Source: a candidate division WOR-3 bacterium (GTDB lineage: Bacteria; Hydrothermota; Hydrothermia; Hydrothermales; Hydrothermaceae). From it: a stretch of 24,026 nucleotides of DNA. The stretch spans positions 1 through 24,026 of the forward strand of contig JBDRZD010000024.1 of assembly GCA_039803745.1 (NCBI GenBank). The letters are read 5' to 3'. Positions 16,977 to 24,026 of this stretch are shown in pieces. The position numbers and the translations under genes are program-made. The stretch's first letter is position 1. The number at the start of each line of letters is the position of its first letter. The notes beneath the pieces were generated by a model that was given only the letters and a program-made list of their open reading frames with translations, was not told the DNA's origin and searched no databases.

Positions 16977-18522
16977 ATTCTGTGATTCTATACTCCCTTA
17001 TAACTGTTACCTTTATCTGTCCAGGGAATTCAATCTTTTCTTCTATTTCTTTTGCAATTCTTTTTGCTAAATCGCTTGCCTCTGCATCGGTAACCTTTTC
17101 TGCTTCAACTATTATCCTTATTTCTCTTCCAGCCTGAAGTGCATAGGCTTTTTCTACACCCGGGAATGATGAAGCGATTTCTTCAAGTTTTTCAATCCTT
17201 TTAATGTAGGCTTCGATACTCTCTCTTCTTGCTCCTGGTCTTGCACCAGATACTGCATCTGCTGCAGATACTATCATTGCATAAGGTGAAATTGCCTCTT
17301 CATCTTCATGATGTGCTGCGATTGCATTACAAACAATATCTGATTCACCATACCTTTTTGCAAGTTGTGCACCTATTAATGCATGAGGTCCTTCATAATC
17401 AGGTTCTGCAACTTTACCTATGTCATGCAAAAGGGCTGCCCTTTTCGCTATTTCAGAATCAAGTCTCAACTCTCCTGCCATTATTCCTGCAAGATATGCT
17501 ACTTCCTTTGAATGTAAAAGTAAGTTCTGTCCAAAACTTGTCCTGTATTTCATTTTCCCTATAAGTTTTAAAAGTTCAGGATGCATACCTCTTATCCCAA
17601 GTTCCAATATTGTCTCTTCTCCTAAAACTTTTATATAATCTTCCATTTCTTTCTCCACCTTCATTACCACTTCTTCTATTCTTCCGGGATGTATTCTCCC
17701 ATCCTGCACAAGTTTTTCCATTGCTATCCTTGCAATATCTCTTCTGTAAGGATCAAAAGAGGATAGTATCACTGCTTCAGGCGTATCATCAACTATTATT
17801 TCAACACCTGTTGCTGATTCAAAAGCCCTTATATTTCTTCCTTCCCTTCCTATTATTCTTCCTTTCATATCTTCTGATGGAAGTGGCACAACTGTGATAC
17901 AGGAATCAGAAGCGATACCTGATGCAACCTTTTGCATAGCAGTTGCTATTATTTTCACTGCTTCTTTCTCAGCCTTCTCTTTCGCTTCCTCTCTTATCCT
18001 GTGAGCAATTTGAGCTGCTTCGATTCTTGCTTCCTTTTCTACATTTTTAAGCAATAGTTCCTTTGCTTCTTCCTTTGTCATTCCTGCTATTTCCTGAAGT
18101 TTTATGGTTTCCTCTTTTATCATTTCATCAACTTTCTGCATTTTTAAGTTTAAAACTTTTTCCTTATTTGATATTTCCTTTTCCTTTGCTTTTAATTCTT
18201 CCTCTTTTCTTGCAAGTATTTCAGCCTTTTTATCAATCTGATATTCTCTCTGATTTATCTCTTTTTCCTTTTTTTCAATTTCTTTTTTCGCTTTTATAAG
18301 TTCTTTTTCCATTTGTGCTTTTTCTTTCAGGATTTCTTCTTTTCCTTTTATTTGTGCCTCTTTTTCAATTTCCTTTGCTTTTGCTTTTGCACTTTCAATT
18401 ATATCCTTTGCACTTTTTTTAGCTTTTGCCAAATTTTTATTTATCATATATTTTGAAAAGAAATAGCCAATAATAAATCCCAAAAGTAATGCTAAAATAA
18501 AACAAAATATGATTTCTGCCAT
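16966..18522 (-). CDS. rny: Ribonuclease Y
   Basis: N-terminal TM helix, coiled coil, KH domain (MKGRIIGREGRNIR), HD domain (LLHDIGK), SGARPGARRE, AYALQAGREIR. Confidence 0.98.
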   Translation of the reverse strand: MAEIIFCFILALLLGFIIGYFFSKYMINKNLAKAKKSAKDIIESAKAKAKEIEKEAQIKGKEEILKEKAQMEKELIKAKKEIEKKEKEINQREYQIDKKAEILARKEEELKAKEKEISNKEKVLNLKMQKVDEMIKEETIKLQEIAGMTKEEAKELLLKNVEKEARIEAAQIAHRIREEAKEKAEKEAVKIIATAMQKVASGIASDSCITVVPLPSEDMKGRIIGREGRNIRAFESATGVEIIVDDTPEAVILSSFDPYRRDIARIAMEKLVQDGRIHPGRIEEVVMKVEKEMEDYIKVLGEETILELGIRGMHPELLKLIGKMKYRTSFGQNLLLHSKEVAYLAGIMAGELRLDSEIAKRAALLHDIGKVAEPDYEGPHALIGAQLAKRYGESDIVCNAIAAHHEDEEAISPYAMIVSAADAVSGARPGARRESIEAYIKRIEKLEEIASSFPGVEKAYALQAGREIRIIVEAEKVTDAEASDLAKRIAKEIEEKIEFPGQIKVTVIREYRITEYAR

Positions 18523-18523
18523 T

Positions 18524-19810
18524 TTACACCTCCTTTCCCCATCTTATTTTTCTTATTTCTTCAAGTTTCTGTTTTAATATCTTTTCTTTACCTTTTCCAA
18601 GTATCTCGGCAATTTCAATAAACTCTGGCAAATATTTTTGATATATCGCTTCTGGATCTGTATGAGGATATTTATAACCAACACCTCTTCCTATCTTCTT
18701 TGCACTCTCGTAATGACTGTCTCTTAAATGCATTGGAACAGCAAATTTTTTCTCCTCTAAAACTCTTTTTGCTTTTACTATGCTTCTTAAAACGCTATTT
18801 GATTTTGGACAAAGGCTTAAAAAAATTGTTAAAAAGGCAAGTAAGAATTCGCCTTCTGGCATCCCGACCATTTCAAAAGCATAAGCACAGTTTGTTGCTA
18901 TTTTAATTGCCTCTGGCTCTGCTAAACCTATATCTTCACATGCAAATATTAACATTCTTCTGAATATAAATCTTGGGTCTTCACCACTCTCTATCATTTT
19001 AAAGAGCCAGTATAAGGCTGCATCAGGGTCAGAACCTCTTAAAGATTTTATAAAGGCTGAAATTGTATCATAGTGTTCATCTCCTTTTCTATCATACCTG
19101 TAATAAAGTGGTAATTTCTTTAAAGATTCAAGGTTTATCTCTTTACTTTCACTTGTTTCAACAAGAAGTTCCAACATATTCAAAGCTCTTCTTGCATCTC
19201 CTTCTGATGAATCTGCTATACTTTTTAAAACATTCTCATCTACTTTTAAATTTAAATTTCTATATCCCCTTTCATCATTTATTGCTCTCTTTAATATAAT
19301 CATTATATCTTCTTCATCAAGTGGTTTAAATTCAAATATTTTCAATCTTGATAAAAGGGCTTTATCAATCACAAAAAAAGGATTTAAAACAGTTGAACCA
19401 ATCAAAATTATTTCTCCTTTCTCAGAGGATGGTAAAAGAACCTCCTGCTGGAGTCTGTTAAATCTGTGAATCTCATCAATAAAAAGGATTACACCTTTTT
19501 TTGTATTTTTATAAAACTTTTTTGCTTCTTCAAGAATTTTTTTTACAGAAGATATTGTAGAAACTGATGCATTTAAATGGAAAAAAGGCAAATTTGTTTT
19601 TTTTGAAATAATTAAGGCTAAGGAAGTCTTACCTGTTCCAGGGGGGCCAAAAAATAAGGAGGAAGGTATGATACCTTTATCTATTAATTTCTTTAAAATT
19701 CCATTTTCTCCAACAAGGTGTTTTTGTCCCTGAAATTCTGTAAAATCTCTCGGTGCAAGCCTGTAGGCTAATGGCCCCTCTTTTTTTTCTAAAAAATCTT
19801 GAAATAACAA
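18524..19810 (-). CDS. rarA: Replication-associated recombination protein A (RarA/MgsA AAA+ ATPase)
   Basis: PLAYRLxP, GQKHL, GPPGTGKT, FIDEIHRFN, GDAR, YDRKGDEHYDTISAFIKSLRGSDPDAALYW, EDIGLA, GYKYPH; TTG start with SD AGGAGGTG. Confidence 0.97.
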   Translation of the reverse strand: MLFQDFLEKKEGPLAYRLAPRDFTEFQGQKHLVGENGILKKLIDKGIIPSSLFFGPPGTGKTSLALIISKKTNLPFFHLNASVSTISSVKKILEEAKKFYKNTKKGVILFIDEIHRFNRLQQEVLLPSSEKGEIILIGSTVLNPFFVIDKALLSRLKIFEFKPLDEEDIMIILKRAINDERGYRNLNLKVDENVLKSIADSSEGDARRALNMLELLVETSESKEINLESLKKLPLYYRYDRKGDEHYDTISAFIKSLRGSDPDAALYWLFKMIESGEDPRFIFRRMLIFACEDIGLAEPEAIKIATNCAYAFEMVGMPEGEFLLAFLTIFLSLCPKSNSVLRSIVKAKRVLEEKKFAVPMHLRDSHYESAKKIGRGVGYKYPHTDPEAIYQKYLPEFIEIAEILGKGKEKILKQKLEEIRKIRWGKEV

Positions 19811-19825
19811 TTTTTTTCACCTCCT

Positions 19826-20098
19826 TCAAATTCTTTCCTCAATTTTTTTAATAATTTTTTCAATTTTTTCTTCCATTTCTTTTCTCTTATATTTTCCCTT
19901 CAGGATCTTTTCTGCAAGCGATAAAAGAGCAAGAACATAGATTTTCTCAGGTCCTTCAGGATTTTCAATAATTCTCTCACATTCTGAAATTGTCTCATTT
20001 ACAATTTTTTCAATTTCTCTTACTTCTCCTTCTTCCAGGTCAGTTTTTATTCTATATGTTTTGCCTCTTATTTGGATATCAATATCTCTTTCAATCAT
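19826..20098 (-). CDS. zapA: Cell division protein ZapA
   Basis: IxIxGKTYxI beta-hairpin, VLALLSLAE helix and C-terminal coiled coil; conserved position after pheT. Confidence 0.8.
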   Translation of the reverse strand: MIERDIDIQIRGKTYRIKTDLEEGEVREIEKIVNETISECERIIENPEGPEKIYVLALLSLAEKILKGKYKRKEMEEKIEKIIKKIEERI

Positions 20099-20277
20099 TT
20101 TATAGCAGCATCAATTTTTTCAATCAAATTTTTAATTTTTTCCTGGGCCTCATAAATAATTTTTTCTTTATTTTCGCTTTCCCTTTTTAAATTTTCAATT
20201 TCTTCTTCAAGTTTTTTAATTTTGTTTATTAAAAAATCAATTTTTTCTTCAAGTTTTTTTATAATTTCTCCTTCCAT
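20095..20277 (-). CDS. Small coiled-coil protein, ZapB-like
   Basis: 60-aa heptad coiled coil (LEEKIDFLINKIKKLEEEIENLK...KIKNLIEKID) between pheT and zapA; SD AGGAGG. Confidence 0.7.
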   Translation of the reverse strand: MEGEIIKKLEEKIDFLINKIKKLEEEIENLKRESENKEKIIYEAQEKIKNLIEKIDAAIK

Positions 20278-20279
20278 TT

Positions 20280-22619
20280 TTACCTCCTGAATTTAAACGG
20301 GCTATTTTCTTCTATATATTTTAATAGATTTTCAACTTCTTTTTCAACTTCCTCTTCCTTTAATGTCCCTTCCTTTTTTCTAAAAATGCACCTTATTGTT
20401 ATATTTTTAATCCCTTCTGGAAGTGGTTTTCCTTTAAATAAATCAATTGGATAAAATTTTTCAAGATACTCTCCCTTAAATTCTTTAATCAGTTCTTCAA
20501 GGAATCTGAAACTTATATTTTCAGGACATAAGAAAGAAAGGTCTCTTAAAAGGGGTGGATATTTTGGAGGTTCTTTATAAACCGGTATTTTTTTTGAAAC
20601 TACTTTTAAATTTATTTCAAATATTTCTATTTCATAGGGAATATCAAAAAATTTATTATAAACATCCTTAATTATTCCTGCAAAACCTAATTTTTCACCA
20701 TCCTTATAAATTGAAAATCCCTTTTTTAAAAAAGAAAACTCATCTTCTTTAAAATTTACCTGAACTTTAAAAGTGTCTAAAAAGTCATCAATTACCCATT
20801 TTAAATCATAAAAATTTATTTTTCTTTCTTCTTCAAATATACTCTTTTCTATTTCTCCTCCTATAAGCACACATAAATTTTCATCTTCTTTATAGTTATT
20901 ATTTTTTTCAAACACATTACCAATTTCAAACAATTTTATTAATTTTTTTCCTGCATTTACATTATTTAAAAAAGAATAAATTAGAGAATTGAAAATATAT
21001 TTTCTTAAATGAGTATGCCTTTGTGAAAGTGGATTTTTAAGTGGAATAAATTCGGAGGGGGAGATTCCTGAAAGTTCTATATCCTTTTCACTTATAAATG
21101 TGACTGAGATACATTCATAGAATCCTTTATTTATAAAAAATTCTCTTATTCTATCCTTAAAACTATTTCTTCTTCCTAAAAATCCTATCCCTTTTTCTAT
21201 TTTTCCCTTTATTCTTTCATAACCATAATGCCTTGCTATCTCTTCTATTAAATCTTCTTCAAGAGACAAATCATTTCTATAGGAAGGAACGGTAAAAAAT
21301 ATTTTATCACCCTCATGGAATTTTACCTTTAAACCAAGGTTGCTTAATATTTCTCTTGCCTCTTTTATACTGATCCTTTCACCCAAAACTTTTTCAATCC
21401 TTTCCTCTCTTAAAAATATAACCCTTTCTTCTCTTGGTGCTTTTTTTACATCAATAATAATTCCTGATATCCCTTTACATATTTCTTCAATCAACTTCGT
21501 AGCCCTATCCGAGGCATAGGAAACTCCATCCCACCATGTTCCCCTTTCAAATCTATAGGAACTTTCAGTATCAATTTTTAGTTTTCTTCTTGATTTCCTT
21601 ATAGAAATTGGATTGAAATAGGCACTTTCAAGGAATACATTTTTTGTATTCTCATCTATCTTTGTCTCTTCCCCTCCTATTATTCCTGCAATTGCAACAG
21701 GTTTTTCCTTATCAGCAATTACAAGAATACTTTCATCAAGTTCCCTTTCTATTCCATCAAGACAGAGCATTTTTTCTCCATTTTTTGCTCTTCTTACAAT
21801 TATTTTTTCTTTTAATTTATCAAGGTCAAAAGCATGGAGCGGTTGAGAGGTTTCAAGCATTGTTATATTTGTAATATCAACTACATTATTAATTGGTCTT
21901 AAACCACATAAAAATAGTCTAATCTGTAATTTAAGAGGAGATTTTTTAACCTTTACATTTTTTATAATCCTTCCCGTATATCTTGGACAGAGGTCATAAT
22001 CTTTAACTTCTATTTCAAATTCAGGAATTTCAAGATTTATTTTTGGATTTGCCTTTGGCAAGCGGAAAGAGATTCTTTTATAGGTTGCTATTTCCCTTGC
22101 TATTCCAATAATACCAAGTAAATCAGGTCTATTTGGTGTGATTTCTAATTCCAATACATAATCAGGTAAGGAAAGTTTTGGGAAAGGGTCTTCACCAACC
22201 TTAAAATCATCTTCAATTTCAACAATTCCTTCCCTTTCTTCCCCAATTCCAATTTCATCAAGGGAAACAAGCATTCCATAGGATTTTATTTTCCCAAATT
22301 CCCTTATCCCTATTATTTCTCCTTTTATCTCTGTTCCAGGTGGTGCATAAATTGTTTTCATTCCTTCCCTTACATTTTTTGCCCCGCATACAACTTGAAG
22401 ATTTTTTTCTCCATCATTTATTTCACATAAATAAAGTTCTTTATTTTCTAAAGGGGAAATTTTTTCAATTTTAACTACTTTTAATTTATTTTCAAGTTTT
22501 TCCCCAACACTTTTTACCTCTTTAACTCCTATTCCAAGGGAATTTAAAATTTCTGCAATCTCAAAAGGGGATTCCTCAAAAAATACAAATTCCTTTAAAA
22601 AATTGTATGTAATTTTCAT
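20280..22619 (-). CDS. pheT: Phenylalanine--tRNA ligase beta subunit
   Basis: QVVCGAKN, SYGML, ITPNRPD, INNVVDITN, QPLHAFD, ESAYF, SSYRFERG, PSYRND...EDLIEEIARHYGY, KYPPLLRDLS. Confidence 0.98.
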   Translation of the reverse strand: MKITYNFLKEFVFFEESPFEIAEILNSLGIGVKEVKSVGEKLENKLKVVKIEKISPLENKELYLCEINDGEKNLQVVCGAKNVREGMKTIYAPPGTEIKGEIIGIREFGKIKSYGMLVSLDEIGIGEEREGIVEIEDDFKVGEDPFPKLSLPDYVLELEITPNRPDLLGIIGIAREIATYKRISFRLPKANPKINLEIPEFEIEVKDYDLCPRYTGRIIKNVKVKKSPLKLQIRLFLCGLRPINNVVDITNITMLETSQPLHAFDLDKLKEKIIVRRAKNGEKMLCLDGIERELDESILVIADKEKPVAIAGIIGGEETKIDENTKNVFLESAYFNPISIRKSRRKLKIDTESSYRFERGTWWDGVSYASDRATKLIEEICKGISGIIIDVKKAPREERVIFLREERIEKVLGERISIKEAREILSNLGLKVKFHEGDKIFFTVPSYRNDLSLEEDLIEEIARHYGYERIKGKIEKGIGFLGRRNSFKDRIREFFINKGFYECISVTFISEKDIELSGISPSEFIPLKNPLSQRHTHLRKYIFNSLIYSFLNNVNAGKKLIKLFEIGNVFEKNNNYKEDENLCVLIGGEIEKSIFEEERKINFYDLKWVIDDFLDTFKVQVNFKEDEFSFLKKGFSIYKDGEKLGFAGIIKDVYNKFFDIPYEIEIFEINLKVVSKKIPVYKEPPKYPPLLRDLSFLCPENISFRFLEELIKEFKGEYLEKFYPIDLFKGKPLPEGIKNITIRCIFRKKEGTLKEEEVEKEVENLLKYIEENSPFKFRR

Positions 22620-23611
22620 TTAAAAATCTCCAGAAAATCAATACTATTTTCATAAAAAAGTCTTATATCAGGAATTCTGTATTTTATCATTGCCATTCTT
22701 TCAACTCCAAAACCAAAGGCATAACCAGTATATCTTTCAGGGTCATATCCAACATTTTCAAAAACCTTTGGGTGAACCATCCCACATCCAAGAATTTCAA
22801 GCCATCCCTCACCTCCACAGGTTGAGCATCCTTTCCCCTTACATATTGTGCAGGAAATTGCAACTTCTGCTGAAGGTTCTGTAAAAGGGAAATAGGAAGG
22901 TAAAAATTTTATCCTTGTATCAGGACCAAAAAATTCCCTTGCAAAAATTTCAATTGTTCCCTTTAATTCTGCAAAAGTAACACCTTCATCAACATAAAGA
23001 CCTTCAACCTGATGAAATACAGGTGAATGGGAAGGGTCAAATGGATCAACCCTGTAAACCTTTCCAGGAGCAATTATTCTTACAGGTGGTTTTCTTGAAC
23101 TCATTACCCTTATCTGGACAGGTGATGTATGAGTCCTTAAAATTATATCTTCTTCAATAAAAAATGATGCCTGCATATCCCTTACAGGATGTTCCTTTGG
23201 GATATTCAATGCTTCAAAATTGTTATACTCACTTTCAATTTCAGGTCCTGATACAACCTCAAACCCCATATTTGCAAATATTTCCTCAATCTCCTTTAAA
23301 GTAATTGAAATTGGATGCAATGAGCCTGTAAGTAATTTTCTTACAGGTAAAAATAAATCTATAAATTCTTCTTCCTTTGGGAATTCTTTACTTTTCTCTT
23401 CTATAAATTTTTTTATTTTTTCCTGAATTTCATTTAATATCTTCCCTGCCTCTTTTCTTTCCTCTTCAGGGAAATTCTTTAATTTTTTAAAATATTCCTT
23501 AAGAAGCCCTTTTCTTCCTAAATATTTTGTTCTTAATTTTTCTAAATCCTCAAAACTTTTACATGATTTTATTTCTTCTTCTAATGCAATTTTTAATTCT
23601 TTTAAATCCAT
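22616..23611 (-). CDS. pheS: Phenylalanine--tRNA ligase alpha subunit
   Basis: GSLHP, NFEALN..HPVRD, LRTHTSPVQIR, PGKVYR, FHQVEG, FPFTEPS, GCGMVHP, FGFGVER; CxxC-x4-CxxC insertion. Confidence 0.98.
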   Translation of the reverse strand: MDLKELKIALEEEIKSCKSFEDLEKLRTKYLGRKGLLKEYFKKLKNFPEEERKEAGKILNEIQEKIKKFIEEKSKEFPKEEEFIDLFLPVRKLLTGSLHPISITLKEIEEIFANMGFEVVSGPEIESEYNNFEALNIPKEHPVRDMQASFFIEEDIILRTHTSPVQIRVMSSRKPPVRIIAPGKVYRVDPFDPSHSPVFHQVEGLYVDEGVTFAELKGTIEIFAREFFGPDTRIKFLPSYFPFTEPSAEVAISCTICKGKGCSTCGGEGWLEILGCGMVHPKVFENVGYDPERYTGYAFGFGVERMAMIKYRIPDIRLFYENSIDFLEIFK

Positions 23612-23616
23612 CCTTT

Positions 23617-23970
23617 TTATTCAAGGCTCCCTTTTACAAGATTTACAATTTTTTCAAAACTTTCTGGCTCATTAACTGCAAGATAGGCAAGCATTTTTCT
23701 ATTCAAATTTATGTTTAATTCCTTTAGTTTGTGAATGAATTGGGAATATTTGATTCCAAGATTCCTGCAAGCAGCATTTATTCTTGTTATCCATAACCTT
23801 CTAAAATCTCTTTTCTTTTCCTTTCTATGAACATATGAATAATAAAGGCTCTTTAAAACCTGTTCATTCGCCTTTCTAAAAGTTTTTGATTTCTGTCCAT
23901 AATATCCTTTTGCCAATTCCCTTATCTTCTTATGTCTTCTCCTTGTATGTGGTCCTCCTTTTACTCTCAT
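23617..23970 (-). CDS. rplT: 50S ribosomal protein L20
   Basis: MRVKGG..RRRHKK...AKGYYG...KKRDFRRLWITRINAA...LNRKMLA; SD AGGAGG. Confidence 0.99.
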   Translation of the reverse strand: MRVKGGPHTRRRHKKIRELAKGYYGQKSKTFRKANEQVLKSLYYSYVHRKEKKRDFRRLWITRINAACRNLGIKYSQFIHKLKELNINLNRKMLAYLAVNEPESFEKIVNLVKGSLE

Positions 23971-23982
23971 TTTTCCTCCTTA

Positions 23983-24012
23983 TTAAGTTTTAAATTATAA
24001 TATAAAACTTAA
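23983..24012. repeat. Near-perfect 30-bp palindrome
   Basis: TTAAGTTTTA-A-ATTATAAT-A-TAAAACTTAA: 14 of 15 symmetric pairs match. Confidence 0.85.
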
Positions 24013-24023
24013 AGGGAATTCAA
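23994..24023 (-). promoter_or_regulatory. Putative sigma70 promoter of the rplT-pheST block
   Basis: TTGAAT (24018-24023)-N18-TATAAT (23994-23999), followed by SD AGGAGG and the rplT ATG. Confidence 0.6.
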
Positions 24024-24026
24024 AAA

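Noticed and set aside
22810..22860. CxxC-x4-CxxC insertion in PheS
   Set aside because: A common feature of PheS in many bacterial lineages; not novel.
23612..23616. T-box or pheM-type attenuator before pheS
   Set aside because: The gap is only 5 nt, so there is no room for one.
696..23718. All plus-strand ORFs in the track (e.g. 4843-5265, 6524-7108, 15413-15808)
   Set aside because: They lie antisense to well-supported genes or straddle their junctions, are Phe/Leu/Ser/Ile-rich as expected for shadows of A-rich coding strands, and show no recognisable motifs.
1..24026. Programmed frameshifts, in-frame stop recoding or inteins suggested by the many A/T homopolymers
   Set aside because: Recognised genes are intact and near normal length, with no split frames or large insertions; the homopolymers reflect Lys/Phe codons.
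1..24026. CRISPR array, tRNA/rRNA, IS element, prophage or defence system
   Set aside because: The largest intergenic gap is 67 nt. I saw no repeat-spacer pattern, GC-rich structured segment, transposase, integrase or defence-type gene.

Overview
Strongly AT-rich bacterial chromosome segment with 24 housekeeping-type CDSs, all on the minus strand and packed almost without gaps. The Glu/Lys/Ile-rich proteins suggest a thermophile. A likely outer-membrane beta-barrel suggests a diderm, possibly an FCB-related lineage such as WOR-3; this is inference only. In transcription order (high to low coordinate): rplT-pheS-pheT-zapB-like-zapA-rarA-rny-uvrC-ogt-(beta-barrel)-dinG-(CC-adding-type tRNA nucleotidyltransferase) | Rrf2 regulator-iscS-nadA-iscU | tig-clpP-clpX-metG-tatD | polyprenyl synthase-PTS EIIA-C4 zinc-ribbon protein-DUF3467 (truncated at the edge). 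Each of the four blocks has a sigma70-like promoter in its short upstream gap. I found no mobile element, CRISPR array, rRNA or tRNA, and no clearly new system. The best leads are: (1) an Fe-S operon with nadA embedded, led by an Rrf2 protein with atypical ligands and interlocked inverted repeats at its promoter; (2) a loop-deleted, CC-adding-type nucleotidyltransferase that implies split CCA addition; (3) rarA sitting where 6S RNA often lies; (4) a PtsN plus short FlgZ/CT398-like plus DUF3467 module; (5) probable leaderless mRNAs; (6) a near-perfect 30-bp palindrome upstream of rplT.
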